From Candidatus Uhrbacteria bacterium (GTDB lineage: Bacteria > Patescibacteriota > Patescibacteriia > UBA9934 > UBA10169), in assembly GCA_016187485.1 (NCBI GenBank), contig JACPJO010000003.1, positions 25,587 to 89,586 on the forward strand: a stretch of 64,000 nt of DNA. The letters are read 5' to 3'. Positions 48,304-58,137 of this stretch are shown here, piece by piece. The first letter of the stretch is position 1. Every line of letters starts with the position of its first letter. The notes under the pieces were generated by a model. That model ran no database searches. It was not told where the DNA came from and was given only the letters and a program-made list of their open reading frames with translations. The position numbers and the translations under genes are program-made.

Positions 48304-49173
48304 ATGTATCTTACCCCTCTAGAGGAGTCAAGAGATCTTGCGGAAGCGCTTGGCGTGGAGCGCATGTTTTTGAAGAGGGAGGATCAGACGCCGACCGGCT
48401 CGTTTAAGTATCGAAGCGCTCTCCGGCAGATAGAGGATATGGTGGAGCATGGAGAGCGTGCCGGGGTGGTTTCCTCTTCGGGGAATGCGGCAATCTCGCT
48501 TGCGCACGAGGCGAAAGCCCAGGGGGTCACGCTTTTTGCTTTTGTCCCGCCCAATCTTTCTTCTGCAAAGACGGCAGCGCTTTTGGCGTACGACCCTGTG
48601 GTGATTCAATCAACACGCGCCATGAGACTCGCGAACTATCTTGCGGCCCACTATCGCATACGCAATCTTCGTCCTTCGATAGACGATCGTGCGGTACTTG
48701 GGTTTGTCCCGCTTGGAGAAGAACTTGCCGAGCAGGTGGAGGAATACGGGGGAGTGGATGTAATCGTGAGTTTTTGCACAAGCGGGGCCAGCATGCTTGG
48801 CATGTGCCGTGGCTATCGTGCGGAACCGCGCCCAAAGTTTTTTGCCGCGAGGAACCTGTCGGTGGGGTGTTATGGGATTGAAAAGAGCCCTCGTCTTGCG
48901 GATGTTGCAGACGTTGCGGAACTTGTAGATGTCTCAGACGATGCCGTAGAGCGAACACAAAAGTTGCTCACGCGTGCGGGCATATGCGTTGCCAGAGAAG
49001 CGGCGGCGAGTCTTGCCATCGTTTTAGAGCGCCAGCTTAATGGGCGCATTCTATGGATCGTTTCTGGAAAGGATTGGGGTGTGGGAACCATGAATCCACA
49101 AGCCGCAAACCTCTATCGCGCAGAGACCTTTGAGGATGTTGACAGAATCTATGCAGAACATGCCCGCGTTTGA
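48304..49173 (+). CDS. Fold-type II PLP-dependent enzyme (threonine synthase/cysteine synthase-like)
   Basis: LKREDQTPTGSFKYR (PLP Lys), SSSGNAAIS. Confidence 0.82.
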   Translation: MYLTPLEESRDLAEALGVERMFLKREDQTPTGSFKYRSALRQIEDMVEHGERAGVVSSSGNAAISLAHEAKAQGVTLFAFVPPNLSSAKTAALLAYDPVVIQSTRAMRLANYLAAHYRIRNLRPSIDDRAVLGFVPLGEELAEQVEEYGGVDVIVSFCTSGASMLGMCRGYRAEPRPKFFAARNLSVGCYGIEKSPRLADVADVAELVDVSDDAVERTQKLLTRAGICVAREAAASLAIVLERQLNGRILWIVSGKDWGVGTMNPQAANLYRAETFEDVDRIYAEHARV

Positions 49174-50317
49174 AGAACCTATTTTTGTTGTCCATCCGCA
49201 TGACCTTTACTTGTGGGGTCTCGAGGAAGTGTTTCCAAACGCATGTTTTCTTGTAGACCAACCGGGGTGCCTTTCAACGATTGATTTATTTGAGTATGCA
49301 GATGTTACCCGGCGTATCCCAAAAAACTCTGCCGTTCTTGTTATGAAGCCAGCGCCCAAGCTCTCCAAGATAGCAGGGGATCGTGGGTGGAGACTTTGCG
49401 CGCCGTCGGTCGAGTTGAATCGTCGTTTTGAAAACAAGCTCACCATCAATAACGAATTTCTTGCGGTGCATTTGCCGACTCTCCCGTATCTCGTAAGCCC
49501 GCTTGAGAAGCTCTCGTATGCAGCGCTTCGTGAGCGGTTTGGCCCCCGTCTTGTTGTACAGAAAGAGCGAGGGCACGCAGGATCAAGCACGCATGGAGTC
49601 GGATCTCTGGAAGTCTTTGAGAATTTGAAGAAAGAAATTGCCTCCTTTCCCGCAAAGATAAGCCCGTGGTTGGAAGGAGAAACGTGGACATTGAACGGTG
49701 TTGTGACAAGATTTGGCACCCTTGTTTCGCGTCCATTTCTCCAGCTTCAAAATGTTGCGGCTTACGGAACATCGAATCCTTTTACGACGTGCGGGAATGC
49801 GCATGTTCCCATTGGGGATGAGTTGGCGCTTGAAATCATGGGGCAGGCGGAGCGGTTTGGCGCACATCTTCACCGGGAAGGATACAGCGGGTGGTTCGGT
49901 CTTGATGTGCTGGTGAAAGATGGAACTATCGTGGGGTGGATTGAGTGTAATCCGCGGCTCACGGCTTCGTGCGGAGTATTTTCCGCCATGCAAAAAGAGG
50001 CAGGGCAGACGCCCTTTGCGCTTCTTCACGTTCTCGAGACACTCGGAATCCCCTATACACTTGATCTTGTCCAGGAACAGCGACGTCTGGCGGATGGATT
50101 TATGGAATCGCATGTCGTGTTGCGCAACGAGAAATCAGAAACCATGAAATGTTCTTCTGTGCCGCCACGCACTCCGTGGAGCGTATTGCGCGGGGGGGAG
50201 AAGACGATGGTGGCAAGGGCTCCCGGCACAGAGGTTCCGCCGGGCGAGCCGTTTGCGGTGGTGTACAAACGCGGTCTCTTCTCGCCAGAGGAATTGGCAG
50301 GATTGCCTACATGTTAA
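49160..50317 (+). CDS. ATP-grasp domain ligase
   Basis: FENK, VVQ...GHAGSST, GWFGLDVLV, IECNPR. Confidence 0.8.
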   Translation: MPAFEEPIFVVHPHDLYLWGLEEVFPNACFLVDQPGCLSTIDLFEYADVTRRIPKNSAVLVMKPAPKLSKIAGDRGWRLCAPSVELNRRFENKLTINNEFLAVHLPTLPYLVSPLEKLSYAALRERFGPRLVVQKERGHAGSSTHGVGSLEVFENLKKEIASFPAKISPWLEGETWTLNGVVTRFGTLVSRPFLQLQNVAAYGTSNPFTTCGNAHVPIGDELALEIMGQAERFGAHLHREGYSGWFGLDVLVKDGTIVGWIECNPRLTASCGVFSAMQKEAGQTPFALLHVLETLGIPYTLDLVQEQRRLADGFMESHVVLRNEKSETMKCSSVPPRTPWSVLRGGEKTMVARAPGTEVPPGEPFAVVYKRGLFSPEELAGLPTC

Positions 50318-50365
50318 AACGAAATCCCGCCAAGTAAGGGCGGGATGTGGAGAAAGAACGAGGAA

Positions 50366-51490
50366 TTAGAGCGTTTGAATACCGACCTCGCCATCGAGAA
50401 AGCGGTGCATTTCTCCTTGCGTGGCGAGGTGCGCCAAGCGGGAGAGCGCCAGGTCTTCGCCGTTGTGCGGCGAGAGCGTTGCGAGTTCGTGGCGCATCTG
50501 CTCTTGCGTCTGCTCGAAGACGGTGTTGACGGCACGGCGGACGTCTTCATCGAGGGCAAGAATGTCCAGGACCTTGCCCGTTTCGGTCTGGCTGACACGC
50601 GCGGCCGCGACGAGATCGTCAAGGCTCTGGCGCGGGAAGTGCATACCCTTCGTGATGTAGGGCAGGAGCTCCGTGAAGCGCGACTCCTGCAGAACGAGGA
50701 TGCGTGCCACAAGGCCGATGCGCGCGATCATCTTGCTCTTCTTTGAACGGGTGTCGGCGATGGTGGTCATGATTCGGCGGATCAAGGTTACACGGTCGCG
50801 AAAGGTTCGGGGCACGCCGCGTAAGCGGGTCCAGTACTGGTAGGCCTCGAAGGCTTCCCAGATGTGGCAGTGCCCGTAGTCCACTCGCAGAGGAAAGATG
50901 AGCCGAGAGATGCGCTCCTTCTTGTAGCGCAGGGCCATCTCTGCCATGAGCGTCGCGGCCTCCTCCATGTGCGTGTCGGCGAGGATGACGACGAACTCGT
51001 CGCCACCGTGCCGCACCCCGAAGTGGCGCAGAAGGAGGACGTTCTCTCCATGCTCGTCGTATCCCGTCGCGAGGCGTTCGGTGTCGAGGAAGCTCTGCAA
51101 GGTCGCGCCGAAGCGCTCCAGAACCTGGTCGCCCACCTCATGCCCGTAGGCATTGGCGAGCGCCAAGTAAGAGAGATCTCCCCAGATGAGCGTGGTGTTC
51201 ATCGAGGCGATTTCCGCTGGCGTCAGGTTCTCGATCGGGAGTCCTCGCATGAGTTTTCCCGCCACGGGCGTGTCCATGAAGCGGCGGATGAGCGCGGCCA
51301 AGTGCGGCCAGAGCTCGTCGCGGCGGAACAGCCCAGTGAGACCGTCGCGCCGCCGCCGTTGGATCTCGGCGTCTTTCCGCTCCAGGTCTCTGTTGAGGCG
51401 CTCGACCTCTTTTTCTTCTGCGAGGATTCTGTCCTCGAGTTCTCGAATGCGCGCGTGAGCTTCGAGCAGGGTCGTCGGTAGAGTATCCAC
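50366..51490 (-). CDS. GGDEF-domain (diguanylate cyclase-like) protein with N-terminal coiled coil
   Basis: DGLTGLF.R, N.YGHEVGD.VL, RHGGDEFVVIL. Confidence 0.8.
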   Translation of the reverse strand: MDTLPTTLLEAHARIRELEDRILAEEKEVERLNRDLERKDAEIQRRRRDGLTGLFRRDELWPHLAALIRRFMDTPVAGKLMRGLPIENLTPAEIASMNTTLIWGDLSYLALANAYGHEVGDQVLERFGATLQSFLDTERLATGYDEHGENVLLLRHFGVRHGGDEFVVILADTHMEEAATLMAEMALRYKKERISRLIFPLRVDYGHCHIWEAFEAYQYWTRLRGVPRTFRDRVTLIRRIMTTIADTRSKKSKMIARIGLVARILVLQESRFTELLPYITKGMHFPRQSLDDLVAAARVSQTETGKVLDILALDEDVRRAVNTVFEQTQEQMRHELATLSPHNGEDLALSRLAHLATQGEMHRFLDGEVGIQTL

Positions 51491-51556
51491 AGAATCTCCG
51501 ATGGGTACGAAGAAAAGGCCGTGGGGCCTTTTGAAGGGAACGACCGAGGGACTCGG

Positions 51557-51727
51557 TCAGCGCTTGGGAATGGACGACGGGGACTTGCTCCCCGTGTCTC
51601 GTCGGTCGTCGCGGTTGGGCGGCGGCAGGCGCACGGGGCGGCTCCGCAAGTCCGCCGCGAGTTCTTCCACGACATCGGCGTGGCTTGGGCGAACGAGGAA
51701 CGGATCGAAGGGTCGTTGGCTTGGCAT
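51557..51727 (-). CDS. 56-aa small ORF upstream of the GGDEF gene (not in ORF track)
   Basis: GGAGG SD; MPSQRPFDPFLVRPSHADVVEELAADLRSRPVRLPPPNRDDRRDTGSKSPSSIPKR*; TTGACG-17-TAGCTT promoter. Confidence 0.5.
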   Translation of the reverse strand: MPSQRPFDPFLVRPSHADVVEELAADLRSRPVRLPPPNRDDRRDTGSKSPSSIPKR

Positions 51728-51817
51728 GGATCCTCCAGGGTGAAACCCGCCATGAAGCTACCTTGTTTTTTGAATCTCGTCAATCCCGTCTGTTCAACAC
51801 TAGGTGTCGGACAATAA

Positions 51818-52035
51818 AATAAAAAAACAAGAGAGCACCGAAGTGCTCTCGAGGGAGAAGGATCAAAGAAACAGGAGCGGCCACCGGGAGCGTTACACGC
51901 GCTCCGGGGGGGGAGGGTTGGCGAGCGCGCTTGGCGCTTCCCAGTGGCCGTCCTGTTTTTGCCCCGCGCATGGTTGCGGGTGACCGGCGGGGCTCGCCGA
52001 GACGCCGTGTTGGGGCCGCGCGGTCCCGGCTGCTG
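51818..52035 (-). ncRNA. Candidate stand-alone structured ncRNA
   Basis: TTGACA(52069-52064)-17-TGGTAT promoter, long GC-rich hairpins, terminator GAGAGCAC-TTCG-GTGCTCTC + U tract. Confidence 0.55.
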
Positions 52036-52100
52036 CTCCCATACCACCACACCCATCTTCCTTTGTCAACGCGCGGCAAAACAGGTATCATTTCGTCACT

Positions 52101-53204
52101 ATGTTCGTCACGGTCCTCGTGTTCATTGCCGTTCTTTCCCTCCTCGTTTTTGCGCATGAGTTTGGTCACTTTCTTATGGCGCGGCGGGCAGGGATGAAGG
52201 TAGAAGAATTTGGCTTCGGATTTCCCCCACGATTGTTTGGGATGCGTCGTGGTGCCACCCTCTACTCCATTAACGCAATCCCGCTTGGTGGCTTTGTGAA
52301 AATAAAAGGGGAGAGCGGGGACTATGCCGAGGAAGGGGACAGCTTTGCCCACAAATCAGTCTTTGTCCGTTTTAGCGTACTCGTCGCAGGTGTGGCGATG
52401 AATGTGATTTTAGCATTTGTTCTTCTCTCGGTTGGGTTTGCGACAGGACTTCCCTCGGTGGTAGACGACACGCTTCCCGCAAGCGCGCGCGTGCACGGGG
52501 AGGCGACGCGCATTGTAGAAGTTCTTCCGGAGAGTCCCGCAGACCGCGCAGGAATAAAAGTGGCCGATGAGCTTGTCATGATAGACAATCAGCTTTTTTC
52601 AACCACCGAAATGGCCTACAGCTATTTAGCTCGCGCAGAGGAGCCCGTGGAGCTTTTGCTCCGCCGTGGGGAAACGCACGTGCGCCTCACGCTGACAAAA
52701 GAAGAGATTGCCGGTGTGGAAGGTTCCGTGATCGGCGTGGTGCTTATGCGTTCGGGGATCGTGTCATACCCGGTTCCTTCAGCAGTTGCTCACGGGGCTG
52801 TGGCGACGGGGCAACTCACGCGGAGTATTGTCGTGGGGTTTTGGGACCTTCTCCGCTCGCTCGTGAACGCCAAGCCTGTACCCTTTGAAGTCTCTGGGCC
52901 TGTGGGGATTGCGGTTATGACAGGCGAGGTTGCGCGTCTTGGCATCCCCTACCTTATTCAATTTACCGCCCTCCTCTCCCTTAATCTGGCAGTGCTGAAC
53001 ATTCTGCCGATCCCCGCTCTCGATGGCGGGCGGATCTTCTTTCTTCTCATCGAGGCTGTACGCGCGCGGCGTGTGAGCGCGCATGTTGAGACCGTTGTGC
53101 ATAATCTCGGGTTCCTTCTTCTTTTGCTTCTTGTCGTGCTGGTGACGTATCGTGATCTTGTGCGGCTTGGCCGCGAACTTTTTGGTGCCTTTACTTCTGC
53201 CTAG
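52101..53204 (+). CDS. rseP: RIP metalloprotease RseP
   Basis: HEFGH, PLGGFVKI, PDZ domain, SGPVGI, NILPIPALDGG. Confidence 0.95.
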   Translation: MFVTVLVFIAVLSLLVFAHEFGHFLMARRAGMKVEEFGFGFPPRLFGMRRGATLYSINAIPLGGFVKIKGESGDYAEEGDSFAHKSVFVRFSVLVAGVAMNVILAFVLLSVGFATGLPSVVDDTLPASARVHGEATRIVEVLPESPADRAGIKVADELVMIDNQLFSTTEMAYSYLARAEEPVELLLRRGETHVRLTLTKEEIAGVEGSVIGVVLMRSGIVSYPVPSAVAHGAVATGQLTRSIVVGFWDLLRSLVNAKPVPFEVSGPVGIAVMTGEVARLGIPYLIQFTALLSLNLAVLNILPIPALDGGRIFFLLIEAVRARRVSAHVETVVHNLGFLLLLLLVVLVTYRDLVRLGRELFGAFTSA

Positions 53205-53207
53205 CAT

Positions 53208-54245
53208 ATGGAAGACCTGTTTATCTCGATGACGGAAGAGGGGAAAAAACTTTTTGCGCAGGCGAATTCCGCCGAAGCGCTTGAGCATGCGCGTGTCGCG
53301 GTGCTTGGCCGCAAAGGGATGCTGACGCAGGCGATGGATAAGCTTAACGTGACCTCTCCCGAAGAGCGTAAGGCATTTGGCCAAGCGGCCAATACCGCAA
53401 AGACGGAACTCGCGCGTGCTTTTGAAGAGGCCGCGTCGCGTCTAGGCAAAGCAGAGAAAGCGTCGCTCGGAAAAGAAGAGTGGATCGACGTGACGCTTCC
53501 CGGCACGGCGCCGAGGGCAGGTCATCTTCATATTGTTTCGCAGACGATTGCCGAAGTGGAGAAAATTTTTGCGCGCATCGGCTTCACGCGCTATCCCGTG
53601 CCCGAAGTGGATTGGGATTACTACGCGTTTGAGGCTCTTAACATGCCCCCCGATCACCCGGCGCGTGATAATTGGGAAACATATTTTCTGGACGTGCCGG
53701 AAGGGCCAAAGGGGAAGCTGCTTGCTACGCCACATCCCTCGAACAATCAGGTGCGTCTTATGGAAACATTGAAACCGCCATTCCGCGCGCTTTATATTGG
53801 GAAGGCTTATCGGCGACAGTCGGACGTTTCTCATGTGCCGATTCATCACCAATTTGAGACGGAGGTGATTGACAAGCAAGCGACGTTTACCGAGTTGAAA
53901 GGGGTCATCGAGTTTTTTGTGTACGAATACTTTGGACGCAATCGGAAAATTCGTCTGCGCCCGCATCACTTCCGCTTTACCGAGCCGAGTTTCGAGATTG
54001 ATATTAACTGTGCGGTCTGTGGCGGGAGTGGTTGTCGCTTGTGTAAGCAAGGATGGCTTGAACTTGCCGGAGCGGGCATGACACATCCGAACGTGCTTCG
54101 TGCCGGCGGGCTTGATCCGAAGATCTATCGTGGTTTTGCGTTTGCATTTGGTGTTGAACGCGTCCTTATGATGCGCGATGGAATCCGCTTGCCAGATATG
54201 CGTGAGTTGTATAAGAACGATTTGCGATTCTTGAAACAGTTTTAG
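53208..54245 (+). CDS. pheS: Phenylalanine-tRNA ligase alpha subunit
   Basis: FEALNMPPDHPAR, FRFTEPS, GFAFAFGVER, DLRFLKQF. Confidence 0.95.
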   Translation: MEDLFISMTEEGKKLFAQANSAEALEHARVAVLGRKGMLTQAMDKLNVTSPEERKAFGQAANTAKTELARAFEEAASRLGKAEKASLGKEEWIDVTLPGTAPRAGHLHIVSQTIAEVEKIFARIGFTRYPVPEVDWDYYAFEALNMPPDHPARDNWETYFLDVPEGPKGKLLATPHPSNNQVRLMETLKPPFRALYIGKAYRRQSDVSHVPIHHQFETEVIDKQATFTELKGVIEFFVYEYFGRNRKIRLRPHHFRFTEPSFEIDINCAVCGGSGCRLCKQGWLELAGAGMTHPNVLRAGGLDPKIYRGFAFAFGVERVLMMRDGIRLPDMRELYKNDLRFLKQF

Positions 54246-54248
54246 CGT

Positions 54249-56636
54249 ATGAACATCCTTGCTCCCTATTCTTGGATCAAAGACTATCTGAAGAACCCGG
54301 CCGCGCCGGAGGAATTTGCCAAACGCATGTCCGCATCGGGTATGTCGGTCGAGTACCGGCATGAACTCACGGAACGTTTTGCCCACATTGTTGTGGGGCG
54401 CATCAAAGACGTGCGTGCGCATCCTACGGCGGATCGACTTCGGCTTGTGGACGTGGATGTGGGAGAGAAGACGGTGCAAGTTGTGTGCGGAGGGACAAAC
54501 GTTGCTCCGGGTCTCTCCGTGGCCGTTGCTCTTCCGGGGGCTCATGTGCGTTGGCATGGAGAGGGGGAACTCGTAACGATCGAAGAGACAGAAATCCGTG
54601 GCGAGAAAAGTCACGGCATGATTTGCGCAGCCGACGAGATCGGGTTTGAAAAACTCTCCCAGCCTGACGGAGCTATTTGGGACATCTCGGTACTGACGTC
54701 TGCCGAGCCGGGTACGTTGGCGGCAGAGGCGCTTGACCTTGACGACACGTTGTTTGATATCGAAGTCACGACAAATCGCCCCGATGCAATGAGCATGGTG
54801 GGGCTTGCACGAGAGGCGGGAGCCGTGGAGGCTGGACAATTTGTGTGGAAGCCCGATCCCCAGATCCCAGAGGCCGAGGAGATTTCTTTGTCGGTACATG
54901 TTCGCGAACCCGCACTCTGCCCGCGGTATCAAGGCATCGTGCTTGACGGCGTGAAGATCGAACCTTCGCCCTGGTGGCTTCAAAAACGGCTCCTGCTTGC
55001 CGGGCACCGTCCGATTAACGTGGTGGTGGACGTCACGAACTATGTGCTGCACGCGTACGGCCAGCCCATGCATGCCTTCGACTACGATAAACTTTCTGGC
55101 GGAGAAATTGTTGTGCGCCGCGCACAAAAAGGGGAGCATCTTATGGCGCTCAATGGAAATGCTTACGAACTTAAGCCTGACAATCTCGTGATTGCCGATG
55201 CAACGCACCCTGTTGCGGTGGCTGGCGTGATGGGTGGACAAGAAACGGGAGTGTCAGAGGCGACAACGCGCGTGGTGCTTGAGTGCGCCACCTTCGAGCC
55301 GGTGCAGGTGCGTCGCACAGCTCGCGCCCTCAATCTTTTCTCGGACTCCCAACTGTTGTTTGAGAAAGGTCTTTCCACCGAAGCGCCGCCATTTGCGCTC
55401 TCCTGTGCGGTGGAGATGTTACAGGAGTTGGCGGGAGCACGCGTGGCGAGCCGGCTTGTGGACATCCGTGAAGAGGCCTACCACCCGCTCACATTTCCCT
55501 ACAGCGCGGACGAGGTGAATGATCGTTTGGGTTACGAGATTCCTCCGCATGAGCAGCGCCGGATTCTTGAATCGCTCGGATTTGAATTTGTAAACGAGGA
55601 AGGCTCCCCTATGCTCCGCGTGCCGTTTTGGCGCGACCATGATATTGAGGAAAGCGTGGATTTTACCGAGGAAGTGGCGCGCGTCTTTGGCTACGCGAAT
55701 CTGCCGGCGACCCTGCCGCGTGCGCCGGTGCAGCCCGATGTCTGGAGCCCCGTTCTCTATTGGAATGAGCAGGCAAAAGAAATTATGGGGCAGGCGGGAG
55801 CCACGGAGCTTTATCATTATTCGTTTGCCAGCGAAGAGGACCTGCGTGATTTCGGCCATATGCCATCCGACGCGCTTGCATTTGTGAATCCACTCTCGGA
55901 AGATCAAAAATATCTGCGCGTCTCTCTCATCCCAAGTGTGCTCCGGACGATCGAGCGCAACCAGGGTGCTACTTCTTCTGAGCGCGTGTTTGAACTTGCT
56001 GCCGTGTATATACCGCGAATGGGAGATTTGCCCCGCGAAGAGACACGACTTGTTTACGCCGGCTACGGACGGGAGGCCAACGATTTTCTTTCTGCGAAAG
56101 GAGTACTCGAGCGCTTGCTTGGAGCCATGGGGATCGTCGGGTGGACGTTTGAACGCTTGACGGATGACCCACACTGGCATCCTGGCCGGAGTGCCTGCAT
56201 AAAGAAGGGAGGGGTGACACTTGGCGTGCTAGGTGAAATGGCGCCGGATGTGCAAAAGCGTTTTGGTATACACGAGCGCGTAACGCTGTTCGAGCTTGAT
56301 ATGCCGCAACTTGTGCCGCTGGCAAATAAAACAAAGATGTTCAGCGCTTTGCCGCAGTTTCCAAGCGTGAAACGTGACGTGGCGTTTGTGATTGAGCGCA
56401 CCGTAGAGCACCGCGCCATACAGGAAGCGTTGGCCGGAGCGCACCCGCTTCTGCGCGAAAGCGAGATGTTTGATGCCTATGAAGGGGAGGGGATCGAGAA
56501 AGGGAAAAAGTCTATGGCATGGCACGTGGAATTCCGCGCCGATGATCGGACGCTCACGTCCGAAGAGGTGGAGCGTGCATTATCCACTGTGACACAGATG
56601 CTCGAAAAACAATTTCGTGTTACCATGCGCACATAA
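54249..56636 (+). CDS. pheT: Phenylalanine-tRNA ligase beta subunit
   Basis: HP.ADRL, VCGGTN, TTNRPD, GQPMHAFD, FPSVKRD, RTLT. Confidence 0.95.
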   Translation: MNILAPYSWIKDYLKNPAAPEEFAKRMSASGMSVEYRHELTERFAHIVVGRIKDVRAHPTADRLRLVDVDVGEKTVQVVCGGTNVAPGLSVAVALPGAHVRWHGEGELVTIEETEIRGEKSHGMICAADEIGFEKLSQPDGAIWDISVLTSAEPGTLAAEALDLDDTLFDIEVTTNRPDAMSMVGLAREAGAVEAGQFVWKPDPQIPEAEEISLSVHVREPALCPRYQGIVLDGVKIEPSPWWLQKRLLLAGHRPINVVVDVTNYVLHAYGQPMHAFDYDKLSGGEIVVRRAQKGEHLMALNGNAYELKPDNLVIADATHPVAVAGVMGGQETGVSEATTRVVLECATFEPVQVRRTARALNLFSDSQLLFEKGLSTEAPPFALSCAVEMLQELAGARVASRLVDIREEAYHPLTFPYSADEVNDRLGYEIPPHEQRRILESLGFEFVNEEGSPMLRVPFWRDHDIEESVDFTEEVARVFGYANLPATLPRAPVQPDVWSPVLYWNEQAKEIMGQAGATELYHYSFASEEDLRDFGHMPSDALAFVNPLSEDQKYLRVSLIPSVLRTIERNQGATSSERVFELAAVYIPRMGDLPREETRLVYAGYGREANDFLSAKGVLERLLGAMGIVGWTFERLTDDPHWHPGRSACIKKGGVTLGVLGEMAPDVQKRFGIHERVTLFELDMPQLVPLANKTKMFSALPQFPSVKRDVAFVIERTVEHRAIQEALAGAHPLLRESEMFDAYEGEGIEKGKKSMAWHVEFRADDRTLTSEEVERALSTVTQMLEKQFRVTMRT

Positions 56637-56644
56637 GGAGGACT

Positions 56645-56938
56645 ATGTTGCTTGACGCTAAAGACATTCTGTTTATCGTACTCGCTTTTTGCGCGCTGTG
56701 GTTTACGGCGTTTGCATGTTGGCTTATTTATCAGTTGGCGGTGTTTCTGAAAAATGTAAATGACACGGTTTCTGATGTGCGCGGGTCGGTGGCGAAACTT
56801 GAGCAGGCAGTCAGCGGTATCCGCAACAGGTTTGATCACGCGACGTCTGGCATGATGCTGGCGCTTGAGGCGGGGAAGAAAATTGTGGATATGCTTGCCA
56901 CCCGGCGAGAGGAGAAGAAGGTGAAGAAAAAGAAATAG
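56645..56938 (+). CDS. Small membrane/coiled-coil hypothetical protein
   Basis: AGGAGG SD; one TM segment then coiled coil; terminator 56946-56969. Confidence 0.7.
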   Translation: MLLDAKDILFIVLAFCALWFTAFACWLIYQLAVFLKNVNDTVSDVRGSVAKLEQAVSGIRNRFDHATSGMMLALEAGKKIVDMLATRREEKKVKKKK

Positions 56939-57048
56939 AGATAGAAAAACGGGGCTCGTGCCCCGTTTTGATATTGGTTGACATTCGCTCGTTATGGTGA
57001 TCAAATGCCTGCACCCCGTTTCGTCAACATCCACCGGTAGGAGGTTCC

Positions 57049-57692
57049 GTGGACACAGACTCTACGAGCAACATCTCGCGCATTCTCAAAGAGACAGGGG
57101 CAGTTCTCACGGACGGGCCTTCGTCTACACGAGCGGACGTCACGGGAATGCCTACGTCAACAAGGACGCCATCTACCCACACACGGAGAAGGTCACCGCT
57201 CTGTGCTGGTACCTGGCTCAGGCATTCGACACGGACCAGGTGGACGTCGTCGTGGGTCCGGCCATGGGCGGGATCATTCTCTCCCAGTGGACGGCGCATC
57301 ATCTGCGGTCCCGGACTTCGATTGGGGTCCTGGCGGCCTATGCCGACAAGGCGCCGACGGGCTTTGTTCTCAATCGCGGCTACGGCGCGTTGGTCCAGGG
57401 CAAGCGGGTGCTCGTGGTGGAGGACGTTCTCACCACGGGAGAGTCGGTACGCGGGGCGGTCTTCGCCGTGCGTGCGGTGGGTGGCGATGTGGTGGGCGTG
57501 GGCGCGCTCTGCAACCGCGGTGGGGTGATGGCCAGACACGTGGGCGAAGTGCCCAAGCTCGTATCGCTTCTCAACATCACGCTTGACTCCTGGGGCGAGC
57601 TGGCGTGCCCACTGTGCGCAAAGGGGGTTCCTGTCAACACGGATGTCGGCAAGGGCCACGACTTCCTCGCTCGCAAGGCTACCCACTCGTGA
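57049..57692 (+). pseudogene. pyrE: Orotate phosphoribosyltransferase-like gene with a frameshift near 57118
   Basis: ILKETGAVLTDG in one frame, then FVYTSGRHG..YVNKD, GPAMGG, VLVVEDVLTTG, CPLC in another. Confidence 0.8.
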
Positions 57693-57780
57693 GCAGAGCG
57701 ATCTGAACAAAGTTCTTTCTTTACAGCCACGTCCTAGAGACGTGGTTTCGAGTTTTTGAGAGAGGACTAAAAGCTGGTTT

Positions 57781-57885
57781 CGAACCTCACCTAAGTGTCG
57801 ATCGGCACTTATATGAGGTTCGGATCTTGAGCCAAGCATTTCGGTGCCTGGCACCAATTTGCTCAATGTTTTGGTGCCTGGCACC
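57781..57885. repeat. Composite REP-like palindrome module, copy 2
   Basis: 40-bp palindrome 57781-57820 plus GGTGCCTGGCACC at 57843-57855 and 57873-57885. Confidence 0.7.
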
Positions 57886-57900
57886 TTTTTACGTTTTTGA

Positions 57901-58137
57901 TTGACACCCGCCTTTTATGGTGCTCAAATACGTTCAACCCGCTTCGTCAACGGGTTCCTGTCGCTGACAGGTCAAAAGCCGCCGCTCAATTCTGGGCGGC
58001 CGCCGGCGTCACTGACGCAGGAAGGACAATAAGGGACGACCCCCGCTCTGCGGGGCCCTCTCGCCGTGCCGAGTTAGTCACTTGGCACACCCCGTCTCTG
58101 ACGGCTCGCGAGGTTCCAAACGACTAGAGGTGACGAC
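57901..58137 (+). promoter_or_regulatory. Promoter plus multi-hairpin leader RNA A
   Basis: TTGACA-17-TCAAAT; C-NCT-G hairpins at 57957-57971, 58006-58018, 58041-58055, 58092-58104. Confidence 0.65.

Noticed and set aside
51223-52352. ORFs across the GGDEF-rseP intergenic region
   Set aside because: They read through a strong terminator and long hairpins, with low-complexity Arg/Pro/Ala composition.
53442-55241. 599-aa minus-strand ORF
   Set aside because: Antisense shadow of pheS/pheT.
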